Source of the DNA: Eledone cirrhosa
Lineage: Eukaryota
Direction of reading: 5' to 3'
DNA length: 64,000 nucleotides
NCBI GenBank assembly: GCA_964016885.1
Contig: OZ024740.1
Coordinates: forward strand, 417,508,001 to 417,572,000
The translations under genes were made by a program, and so were the position numbers. The notes beneath the pieces were generated by a model. The model did not search any database. It worked only from the letters and a program-made list of their open reading frames with translations, and had not been told where the DNA came from. Shown one piece after another: positions 1 through 12,600 of the stretch. Each line of letters begins with the position of its first letter. Position 1 is the first letter of the stretch.

Positions 1-799
1 GAATGTCTCAGGAAAGAATCTCTGATTTGAGAGATAACAGCTCTGATATTAGAGACATGTGGTTAGAATGTCTCAGGAAAGAATCTCTGAATTGAGAGAT
101 CACAGCTCTGATATTATAGACATGTGGTTAGAATGTCTCAGGAAAGAGTCTCTGAATTGAGAGATCACAGCTCTGATATTACAGACATGTGGCTAGAATG
201 TCTCAGGAAAAAGTCTTTGAGGTGAGAGATCACAGCTCTGATATTACTAGACATGTGGTTAGAATGTCTCAAGAAAGAGTCTCTGAATTGAGAGACCACA
301 GCTCTGATATTACGGACATGTGGCTAGAATGTCTCAGGAAAGAGTCTCTGAATTGAGAGATCACAGCTCTGATATTACTAGACATGCGGTTAGAATGTCT
401 GAGGAAAGTGTCTCTGAATTGAGAGACCACAGCTCTGATATTACAGACATGTGGATAGAATGTCTCAGGAAAGAACCTCTGAATTGAGAGACCACAGCTC
501 TGATATTACAGACATGTGGCTAGAATGTCTCAGGAAGGAGTCTCTGAATTGAGAGATCACAGCTTTGATATTACAGGCATGAGGCTAGAATGTCTCAGGT
601 AAGAATCTCTGAATTGAGAGACCACAGCTCTGATACTACAGACACGTGGTTAGAATGTCTCAGGAAAGAGTCTCTGAATTGAGAGACAACAGCTCTGATA
701 TTACAGACATGCGGTTAGAATGTCTCAGGAAAGAATTTCTGAATTGAGAGATAACAGCTCTGATACTACAGACATGCGGTTAGAATGTCTCAAGAAAGA

Positions 800-817
800 G
801 TCTCTCAATTGAGAGAC
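800..817. other. Perfect 18-bp palindrome GTCTCTCAATTGAGAGAC (example of a recurrent variant monomer)
   Basis: The sequence equals its own reverse complement. The consensus monomer has the same dyad with a G/G mismatch (RTCTCT-G-AATT-G-AGAGAY). Confidence 0.95.
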
Positions 818-2184
818 CACAGCTCTGATATTACAGACATGTGGGTAGATTGTCTCAGGAAAGAGTCTCTGAATTGAGAGACCACATCTCTGATATTACA
901 AACATGTGTTTAGAATGTCTCAGGAAAGAATCTCTGAATTGAGTGATCACAGCTATGATACTACAGACATGTGGTTAGAATGTCTCAGGAAAGAACCTCT
1001 GAATTGAGAGACCACAGCTCTGATATTACAGACATGTGGTTAGAATGTCTCAGGAAAGAATCTTCGAATTGAGAGGCCACAGAACTGATATTACAGACAT
1101 GTGGTTAGAATGTCTCAGGAAAGAATCTCTGAATTGAGAGACCACAGCACTGTAACTACAGACATGTGGTTAGAATGTCTCAGGAAAGAGTCTCTGAATT
1201 GAGAAATCACAACTCTGATGTTACAGACATGTGGTTAGAATGTCTCAGGAAAGAGTCTCTGAATTGAGAGACCACAGCTCTGATATTACAGACATGTGGT
1301 TAGAATGTCTCAGGAAAGAATCTCCGAATTGAGAGATAACAGCTCTGATATTACAGACATGTGGTTAGAATGTCCCAGGAAAGAATCTCTGAATTGAGAG
1401 ATCACAGCTCTGATATTACAGACATGTGGTTAGAATGTCTCAGGAAAGAATCTCTGAATTGAGAGATCACAGCTCTGATATTACAGACATGTGGCTAGAA
1501 TGTGTCAGGAAAGAACCTCTGAATTGAGAGACCACAGCTCTGATATTACAGACATGTGGCTAGAATGTCTCAAGAAAGAGTCTCTCAATTGAGAGACCAC
1601 AGCTCTGATATTACAGATATGTGTCTAGAATGTCTCAGGAAAGAGTCTTTGAATTGAGAGACCACAGCTCTGATATTACAGGCATGTGGCTAGAATGTCT
1701 CAGGAAAGAATCTCTGAATTGAGAGACCACAGCTCTGATACTACAGACATGTGGTTAGAATGTCTCTGGAAAGAATCTCTGAATTGAGAGACCACAGCTT
1801 TGATATTACAGACATGTCGTTAGAATGTCTCAGGAAAGAATCTCTGAATTGAGAGACCACAGCTCTGATACTACAGACATGTGGCTAGAATGTCTCAGGA
1901 AAGAGTCTCTGAATTGAGAGACCACAGCTCTGATAATACAGACATGGGGCTAGAATGTCTCAGGAAAGAGTCTCTAAATTGAGAGACCACAGCTCTGATA
2001 TTACAGACATGTGGTTAGAATGTCTCAGGAAAGAATCTCCGAATTGAGAGACCACAGCTCTAATATTACAGACATGTGGTTAGAATGTCTCAGGAAAGAA
2101 TCTCTGAATTGAGAGACCACAGCTCTGATATTACAGACATGTGGTTAGAATGTCTCAAGAAAAAGTCTCTCAATTGAGAGACCA

Positions 2185-5100
2185 CAGCTCTGATATTACA
2201 GACATGTGGCTAGAATGTCTCAGGAAAGAGTCTCTGAATTGAGAGACCACAGCTCTGATATTAAAGACATGTGGCTAGAATGTCTCAGGAAAGAGTCTCT
2301 GAATTGAGAGACAACGGCTCTGATATTACAGACATGTGGTTAGAATGTCTCAGGAAAGAACCTCTGAATTGAGAGACCTCAGCTCTGATATTACAGACAT
2401 GTGGTTAGAATGTCTCAGGAAAGAATCTCTGAATTGAGAGACGACAGCTCTGATACTACAGGCATGTGGTTAGAATGTCTCAGGAAAGAATCTCTGAATT
2501 GAGAGATCACAGCTCTGATATTACAGACGTGTGGTTAGAATGTCTCAGGAAAGAGTCTCTGAATTGAGAGATCACAGCTCTGATATTACAGACATGTGGC
2601 TAGAATGTCTCAGGAAAAAGTCTTTGAGGTGAGAGATCACAGCTCTGATATTACTAGACATGTGGTTAGAATGTCTCAAGAAAGAGTCTCTGAATTGAGA
2701 GAACACAGCTCTGATATTACGGACATGTGGCTAGAATGTCTCAGGAAAGAGTCTCTGAATTGAGAGATCACAGCTCTGATATTACTAGACATGCGGTTAG
2801 AATGTCTGAGGAAAGTGTCTCTGAATTGAGAGACCACAGCTCTGATATTACAGACATGTGGGTAGAATGTCTCAGGAAAGAACCTCTGAATTGAGAGATC
2901 ACAACTCTGATATTACAGACATGTGGCTAGAATGTCTCAGGAAAGAACCTCTGAATTGAGAGACGACAGCTCTGATATTACAGACATGTGGCTGGAATGT
3001 CTCAGGAAAGAATCTCTGAATTGAGAGACCACAGCTCTGATATTACTAGACATGTGGTTAGAATGTCTCAGTAAAGAATCTCTGAATTGAGAGATCACAG
3101 CTCTGATGTTACAGACATGTGGTTAGAATGTCTCAGGAAAGAATCTCTGATTGAGAGACCACAGCTCTGATATTACAGACATGTGGCTAGAATGTCTCAG
3201 GAAAGAGTCTTTGAATTGAGAGATCACAGCTCTGATAGTACAGACATGTGGGTAGAATGTCTCAGGAAAGAACCTCTGAATTGAGAGACCACAGATCTGA
3301 TATTACAGACATGTGGCTAGAATGTCTCAGGAAAGAGTCTCTGGATTGAGAGATCACAGATCTGATATTACAGACATGTGGTAAGAATGTCTCAGAAAAG
3401 AATCTCCGAATTGAGAGACCACAGCTCTGATACTACAGACATGTGTTTAGAATGTCTCAGGAAAGAATCTCTGAATTGAGAGACCACAGCTCTGATACTA
3501 CAGACATGGGGTTAGAATGTCTCAGGAAAGAGTCTCTGAATTGAGAGATCACAGCTCTGATATTACAGACATGTGGTTAGAATGTCTCAGGAAATAGTCT
3601 CTGAATTGAGAGACCACAGCTCTGATATTACAGACGTGTGGTTAGAATGTCTCAGGAAAGAATCTCTGAATTGAGAGATCACAGCTCTGATATTACAGAC
3701 ATGTGGTTAGAATGTCTCAGGAAAGAATCTCTGAATTGAGAGATCACAGCTCTGATATTAAAGACATGTGGTTAGAATGTCTCAGGAAAGAGTCTCTGAA
3801 TTGAGAGATCACAGCTCAGATATTACAGACATGTGGTTAGAATGTCTCAGGAAAGAGTCTCTGAATTGAGAGATCACAGCTCTGATATTACTAGACATGT
3901 GGTTAGAATGTCTCAGGAAAAAGTCTCTCAATTGAGAGACCACAGCTCTGATATTACAGACATGTGGTTAGAATGTCTCAGGAAATAGTCTCTGAATTGA
4001 GAGATCACAGCTCTGATATTACAGACATGTGGTTAGAACGTCTCAGGAAAGAATCTCTGAATTGAGAGATCACAGCTCTGATATTAAAGACATGTGGTTA
4101 GAATGTCTCAGGAAAGAATCTCTGAATTGAGAGATCACAGCTCTTATACTACAGACATGTGGTTAGAATGTCTCAGGAAAGAACCTCTGAATTGAGAGAC
4201 CACAGCTCTGATACTACAGACATGTGGCTAGAATGTCTCAGGAAAGAGTCTCTGAATTGAGAGACCACAGCTCTGATGTTACAGACATGTGGTTAGAATG
4301 TCTCAGGAAAGAGTCTCTGAATTGAGAGATCACAGCTCTGATATTACAGACATGTGGTTAGAATGTCTCAGGAAAGAATCTCTGATTTGAGAGATAACAG
4401 CTCTGATATGAGAGACATGTGGTTAGAATGTCTCAGGAAAGAATCTCTGAATTGAGAGATCACAGCTCTGATATTATAGACATGTGGTTAGAATGTCTCA
4501 GGAAAGAGTCTCTGAATTGAGAGATCACAGCTCTGATATTACAGACATGTGGCTAGAATGTCTCAGGAAAGAGTCTCTGAATTGAGAGACCACAGCTCTG
4601 ATATTAAAGACATGTGGCTAGAATGTCTCAGGAAAGAGTCTCTGAATTGAGAGACAACGGCTCTGATATTACAGACATGTGGTTAGAATGTCTCAGGAAA
4701 GAACCTCTGAATTGAGAGACCTCAGCTCTGATATTACAGACATGTGGTTAGAATGTCTCAGGAAAGAATCTCTGAATTGAGAGACGACAGCTCTGATACT
4801 ACAGGCATGTGGTTAGAATGTCTCAGGAAAGAATCTCTGAATTGAGAGATCACAGCTCTGATATTACAGACGTGTGGTTAGAATGTCTCAGGAAAGAGTC
4901 TCTGAATTGAGAGATCACAGCTCTGATATTACAGACATGTGGCTAGAATGTCTCAGGAAAAAGTCTTTGAGGTGAGAAATCACAGCTCTGATATTACTAG
5001 ACATGTGGTTAGAATGTCTCAAGAAAGAGTCTCTGAATTGAGAGAACACAGCTCTGATATTACGGACATGTGGCTAGAATGTCTCAGGAAAGAGTCTCTG

Positions 5101-6668
5101 AATTGAGAGATCACAGCTCTGATATTACTAGACATGCGGTTAGAATGTCTGAGGAAAGTGTCTCTGAATTGAGAGACCACAGCTCTGATATTACAGACAT
5201 GTGGGTAGAATGTCTCAGGAAAGAACCTCTGAATTGAGAGATCACAACTCTGATATTACAGACATGTGGCTAGAATGTCTCAGGAAAGAACCTCTGAATT
5301 GAGAGACGACAGCTCTGATATTACAGACATGTGGCTGGAATGTCTCAGGAAAGAATCTCTGAATTGAGAGACCACAGCTCTGATATTACTAGACATGTGG
5401 TTAGAATGTCTCAGTAAAGAATCTCTGAATTGAGAGATCACAGCTCTGATGTTACAGACATGTGGTTAGAATGTCTCAGGAAAGAATCTCTGATTGAGAG
5501 ACCACAGCTCTGATATTACAGACATGTGGCTAGAATGTCTCAGGAAAGAGTCTTTGAATTGAGAGATCACAGCTCTGATAGTACAGACATGTGGGTAGAA
5601 TGTCTCAGGAAAGAACCTCTGAATTGAGAGACCACAGATCTGATATTACAGACATGTGGCTAGAATGTCTCAGGAAAGAGTCTCTGGATTGAGAGATCAC
5701 AGATCTGATATTACAGACATGTGGTAAGAATGTCTCAGAAAAGAATATCCGAATTGAGAGACCACAGCTCTGATACTACAGACATGTGTTTAGAATGTCT
5801 CAGGAAAGAATCTCTGAATTGAGAGACCACAGCTCTGATACTACAGACATGGGGTTAGAATGTCTCAGGAAAGAGTCTCTGAATTGAGAGATCACAGCTC
5901 TGATATTACAGACATGTGGTTAGAATGTCTCAGGAAATAGTCTCTGAATTGAGAGACCACAGCTCTGATATTACAGACGTGTGGTTAGAATGTCTCAGGA
6001 AAGAATCTCTGAATTGAGAGATCACAGCTCTGATATTACAGACATGTGGTTAGAATGTCTCAGGAAAGAATCTCTGAATTGAGAGATCACAGCTCTGATA
6101 TTAAAGACATGTGGTTAGAATGTCTCAGGAAAGAGTCTCTGAATTGAGAGATCACAGCTCAGATATTACAGACATGTGGTTAGAATGTCTCAGGAAAGAG
6201 TCTCTGAATTGAGAGATCACAGCTCTGATATTACTAGACATGTGGTTAGAATGTCTCAGGAAAAAGTCTCTCAATTGAGAGACCACAGCTCTGATATTAC
6301 AGACATGTGGTTAGAATGTCTCAGGAAATAGTCTCTGAATTGAGAGATCACAGCTCTGATATTACAGACATGTGGTTAGAATGTCTCAGGAAAGAATCTC
6401 TGAATTGAGAGATCACAGCTCTGATATTAAAGACATGTGGTTAGAATGTCTCAGGAAAGAATCTCTGAATTGAGAGATCACAGCTCTGATACTACAGACA
6501 TGTGGTTAGAATGTCTCAGGAAAGAACCTCTGAATTGAGAGACCACAGCTCTGATACTACAGACATGTGGCTAGAATGTCTCAGGAAAGAGTCTCTGAAT
6601 TGAGAGACCACAGCTCTGATGTTACAGACATGTGGTTAGAATGTCTCAGGAAAGAGTCTCTGAATTGA
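2185..6668. repeat. Tandem duplication of a 36-monomer block (period 2343 bp)
   Basis: Marker GAGGTG at 2626 and 4969 (offset 2343 = 36x65+3, matching four +1 insertions and one -1 deletion in the block). Rare variants occur in the same order in both copies (GAACAC, CTCAGTAAAG, GATAGTAC, GGTAAG, GCTCAGAT). Confidence 0.9.
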
Positions 6669-9600
6669 GAGACCACAGCTCTGATAATACAGACATGGGG
6701 CTAGAATGTCTCAGGAAAGAGTCTCTAAATTGAGAGATCACAGCTCTGATATTACAGACATGTGGTTAGAATGTCTCAGGAAAGAATCTCTGATTTGAGA
6801 GATAACAGCTCTGATATGAGAGACATGTGGTTAGAATGTCTCAGGAAAGAATCTCTGAATTGAGAGATCACAGCTCTGATATTATAGACATGTGGTTAGA
6901 ATGTCTCAGGAAAGAGTCTCTAAATTGAGAGATCACAGCTCTGATATTACAGACATGTGGCTAGAATGTCTCAGGAAAGAGTCTCTGAATTGAGAGACCA
7001 CATCTCTGATATTACAAACATGTGGTTAGCATGTCTCAGGAAAGAATCTCTGAATTGAGTGATCACAGCTATGATACTACAGACATGTGGTTAGAATATC
7101 TCAGGAAAGAATCTCCGAATTGAGAGATAACAGCTCTGATATTACAGACATGTGGTTAGAATGTCCCAGGAAAGAATCTCTGAATTGAGAGATCACAGCT
7201 CTGATATTACTAGACATGCGGTTAGAATGTCTGAGGAAAGTGTCTCTGAATTGAGAGACCACAGCTCTGATATTACAGACATGTGGATAGAATGTCTCAG
7301 GAAAGAACCTCTGAATTGAGAGACCACAGCTCTGATATTACAGACATGTGGCTAGAATGTCTCAGGAAGGAGTCTCTGAATTGAGAGATCACAGCTTTGA
7401 TATTACAGGCATGAGGCTAGAATGTCTCAGGTAAGAATCTCTGAATTGAGAGACCACAGCTCTGATATTACAGACATGTGGGTAGATTGTCTCAGGAAAG
7501 AGTCTCTGAATTGAGAGACCACATCTCTGATATTACAAACATGTGGTTAGAATGTCTCAGGAAAGAATCTCTGAATTGAGTGATCACAGCTATGATACTA
7601 CAGACATGTGGTTAGAATGTCTCAGGAAAGAACCTCTGAATTGAGAGACCACAGCTCTGATATTACAGACATGTGGTTAGAATGTCTCAGGAAAGAATCT
7701 CTGAATTGAGAGACCACAGCACTGTAACTACAGACATGTGGTTAGAATGTCTAAGGAAAGAGTCTCTGAATTGAGAAATCACAACTCTGATGTTACAGAC
7801 ATGTGGTTAGAATGTCTCAGGAAAGAGTCTCTGAATTGAGAGACCACAGCTCTGATATTACAGACATGTGGTTAGAATGTCTCAGGAAAGAATCTCCGAA
7901 TTGAGAGATAACAGCTCTGATATTACAGACATGTGGTTAGAATGTCCCAGGAAAGAATCTCTGAATTGAGAGATCACAGCTCTGATATTACAGACATGTG
8001 GTTAGAATGTCTCAGGAAAGAATCTCTGAATTGAGAGATCACAGCTCTGATATTACAGACATGTGGCTAGAATGTGTCAGGGAAGAACCTCTGAATTGAG
8101 AGACCACAGCTCTGATATTACAGACATGTGGCTAGAATGTCTCAAGAAAGAGTCTCTCAATTGAGAGACCACAGCTCTGATATTACAGACATGTGGCTAG
8201 AATGTCTCAGGAAAGAGTCTTTGAATTGAGAGACCACAGCTCTGATATTACAGGCATGTGGCTAGAATGTCTCAGGAAAGAATCTCTGAATTGAGAGACC
8301 ACAGATATGATACTACAGACATGTGGTTAGAATGTCTCTGGAAAGAATCTCTGAATTGAGAGACCACAGCTTTGATATTACAGACATGTCGTTAGAATGT
8401 CTCAGGAAAGAATCTCTGAATTGAGAGACCACAGCTCTGATACTACAGACATGTGGTTAGAATGTCTCAGGAAAGAGTCTCTGAATTGAGAGACCACAGC
8501 TCTGATATTACAGACATGTGTTTAGAATGTCTCAAGAAAAAGTCTCTCAATTGAGAGACCACAGCTCTAATATTACAGACATGTGGCTAGAATGTCTCAG
8601 GAAAGAGTCTCCGAATTGAGAGACAACGGCTCTGATATTACAGACATGTGGTTAGAATGTCTCAGGAAAGAATCTCTGAATTGAGAGATCACAGCTCTGA
8701 TACTACAGACATGTGGTTAGAATGTCTCAGGAAAGAACCTCTGAATTGAGAGACCTCAGCTCTGATATTACAAACATGTGGTTAGAATGTCTCAGGAAAG
8801 AGTCTCTGAATTGAGAGACCACAGCTCTGATACTACAGACTAGTGGTTAGAATGTCTCTGGAAAGAATCTCTGAAATGAGAGATCACAGCTCTGATATTA
8901 CAGGCATGTGGCTAGAATGTCTCAGGAAAGAATCTATCTCTGAATTGAGAGACCACAGCTCTGATACTACAGACATGTGGTTAGAATGTCTCAAGAAAGA
9001 GTCTCTCAATTGAGAGACCACAGCTCTGATATTACAGACATGTGGCTAGAATGTCTCAGGAAAGAGTCTCTGTATTAAGAGATCACAGCTCTGATGTTAC
9101 AGACATGGGGTTAGAATGTCTCAGGAAAGAATCTCTGAATTGAGAGACCACAGCTCTGATATTACAGACATGTGGCTAGAATGTCTCAGGAAAGAGTCTT
9201 TGAGTTGAGAGATCACAGCTCTGATATTACAGACATGTGGGTAGAATGTCTCAGGAAAGAACCTCTGAATTGAGAGACCACAGATCTGATATTACAGACA
9301 TGTGGCTAGAATGTCTCAGGAAAGAGTCTCTGAATTGAGAGACCACAGCTCTGATATTACAGACATGTGGTTAGAATGTCTCAGGAAAGAATCTCTGAAT
9401 TGAGAGACCACAGCTCTGATATTAAAGACATGTGGCTAGAATGTCTCAGGAAAGAGTCTCTGAATTGAGAGACAACGGCTCTGATATTACAGACATGTGG
9501 TTAGAATGTCTCAGGAAAGAACCTCTGAATTGAGAGACCTCAGCTCTGATATTACAGACATGTGGTTAGAATGTCTCAGGAAAGAATCTCTGAATTGAGA

Positions 9601-12600
9601 GACGACAGCTCTGATACTACAGGCATGTGGTTAGAATGTCTCAGGAAAGAATCTCTGAATTGAGAGATCACAGCTCTGATATTACAGACGTGTGGTTAGA
9701 ATGTCTCAGGAAAGAGTCTCTGAATTGAGAGATCACAGCTCTGATATTACAGACATGTAGCTAGAATGTCTCAGGAAAAAGTCTTTGAGGTGAGAGATCA
9801 CAGCTCTGATATTACTAGACATGTGGTTAGAATGTCTCAAGAAAGAGTCTCTGAATTGAGAGAACACAGCTCTGATATTACGGACATGTGGCTAGAATGT
9901 CTCAGGAAAGAGTCTCTGAATTGAGAGATCACAGCTCTGATATTACTAGACATGCGGTTAGAATGTCTGAGGAAAGTGTCTCTGAATTGAGAGACCACAG
10001 CTCTGATATTACAGACATGTGGGTAGAATGTCTCAGGAAAGAACCTCTGAATTGAGAGATCACAACTCTGATATTACAGACATGTGGCTAGAATGTCTCA
10101 GGAAAGAACCTCTGAATTGAGAGACGACAGCTCTGATATTACAGACATGTGGCTGGAATGTCTCAGGAAAGAATCTCTGAATTGAGAGACCACAGCTCTG
10201 ATATTACTAGACATGTGGTTAGAATGTCTCAGTAAAGAATCTCTGAATTGAGAGATCACAGCTCTGATGTTACAGACATGTGGTTAGAATGTCTCAGGAA
10301 AGAATCTCTGATTGAGAGACCACAGCTCTGATATTACAGACATGTGGCTAGAATGTCTCAGGAAAGAGTCTTTGAATTGAGAGATCACAGCTCTGATAGT
10401 ACAGACATGTGGGTAGAATGTCTCAGGAAAGAACCTCTGAATTGAGAGACCACAGATCTGATATTACAGACATGTGGCTAGAATGTCTCAGGAAAGAGTC
10501 TCTGGATTGAGAGATCACAGATCTGATATTACAGACATGTGGTAAGAATGTCTCAGAAAAGAATATCCGAATTGAGAGACCACAGCTCTGATACTACAGA
10601 CATGTGTTTAGAATGTCTCAGGAAAGAATCTCTGAATTGAGAGACCACAGCTCTGATACTACAGACATGGGGTTAGAATGTCTCAGGAAAGAGTCTCTGA
10701 ATTGAGAGATCACAGCTCTGATATTACAGACATGTGGTTAGAATGTCTCAGGAAATAGTCTCTGAATTGAGAGACCACAGCTCTGATATTACAGACGTGT
10801 GGTTAGAATGTCTCAGGAAAGAATCTCTGAATTGAGAGATCACAGCTCTGATATTACAGACATGTGGTTAGAATGTCTCAGGAAAGAATCTCTGAATTGA
10901 GAGATCACAGCTCTGATATTAAAGACATGTGGTTAGAATGTCTCAGGAAAGAGTCTCTGAATTGAGAGATCACAGCTCAGATATTACAGACATGTGGTTA
11001 GAATGTCTCAGGAAAGAGTCTCTGAATTGAGAGATCACAGCTCTGATATTACTAGACATGTGGTTAGAATGTCTCAGGAAAAAGTCTCTCAATTGAGAGA
11101 CCACAGCTCTGATATTACAGACATGTGGTTAGAATGTCTCAGGAAATAGTCTCTGAATTGAGAGATCACAGCTCTGATATTACAGACATGTGGTTAGAAT
11201 GTCTCAGGAAAGAATCTCTGAATTGAGAGATCACAGCTCTGATATTAAAGACATGTGGTTAGAATGTCTCAGGAAAGAATCTCTGAATTGAGAGATCACA
11301 GCTCTGATACTACAGACATGTGGTTAGAATGTCTCAGGAAAGAACCTCTGAATTGAGAGACCACAGCTCTGATACTACAGACATGTGGCTAGAATGTCTC
11401 AGGAAAGAGTCTCTGAATTGAGAGACCACAGCTCTGATGTTACAGACATGTGGTTAGAACGTCTCAGGAAAGAGTCTCTGAATTGAGAGATCACAGCTCT
11501 GATATTACAGACATGTGGTTAGAATGTCTCAGGAAAGAATCTCTGATTTGAGAGATAACAGCTCTGATATGAGAGACATGTGGTTAGAATGTCTCAGGAA
11601 AGAATCTCTGAATTGAGAGATCACAGCTCTGATATTATAGACATGTGGTTAGAATGTCTCAGGAAAGAGTCTCTAAATTGAGAGATCACAGCTCTGATAT
11701 TACAGACATGTGGCTAGAATGTCTCAGGAAAGAGTCTCTGAATTGAGAGACCACATCTCTGATATTACAAACATGTGGTTAGAATGTCTCAGGAAAGAAT
11801 CTCTGAATTGAGTGATCATAGCTATGATACTACAGACATGTGGTTAGAATATCTCAGGAAAGAATCTCCGAATTGAGAGATAACAGCTCTGATATTACAG
11901 ACATGTGGTTAGAATGTCCCAGGAAAGAATCTCTGAATTGAGAGATCACAGCTCTGATATTACTAGACATGCGGTTAGAATGTCTGAGGAAAGTGTCTCT
12001 GAATTGAGAGACCACAGCTCTGATATTACAGACATGTGGATAGAATGTCTCAGGAAAGAACCTCTGAATTGAGAGACCACAGCTCTGATATTACAGACAT
12101 GTGGCTAGAATGTCTCAGGATGGAGTCTCTGAATTGAGAGATCACAGCTTTGATATTACAGGCATGAGGCTAGAATGTCTCAGGTAAGAATCTCTGAATT
12201 GAGAGACCACAGCTCTGATATTACAGACATGTGGGTAGATTGTCTCAGGAAAGAGTCTCTGAGTTGAGAGACCACATCTCTGATATTACAAACATGTGGT
12301 TAGAATGTCTCAGGAAAGAATCTCTGAATTGAGTGATCACAGCTATGATACTACAGACATGTGGTTAGAATGTCTCAGGAAAGAACCTCTGAATTGAGAG
12401 ACCACAGCTCTGATATTACAGACATGTGGTTAGAATGTCTCAGGAAAGAATCTCTGAATTGAGAGACCACAGCACTGTAACTACAGACATGTGGTTAGAA
12501 TGTCTCAGGAAAGAGTCTCTGAATTGAGAAATCACAACTCTGATGTTACAGACATGTGGTTAGAATGTCTCAGGAAAGAGTCTCTGAATTGAGAGACCAC

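Noticed and set aside
1273-1300. V(D)J recombination-signal-like CACAGCT + 12 bp + ACA
   Set aside because: The heptamer matches CACAGTG at 5/7 but the nonamer matches ACAAAAACC at only 3/9. The ACAAAAATG variant (about 22184) lies at 8-bp spacing, not 12 or 23.
1290-1310. p53-like half site AGACATGTGG
   Set aside because: It has two mismatches to RRRCWWGYYY and no valid adjacent second half site.
3503-3516. Telomere-like GGTTAG / GGGGTTAG
   Set aside because: There is a single hexamer per monomer and never tandem TTAGGG or TTAGG. This is insufficient for an interstitial telomere or a G-quadruplex.
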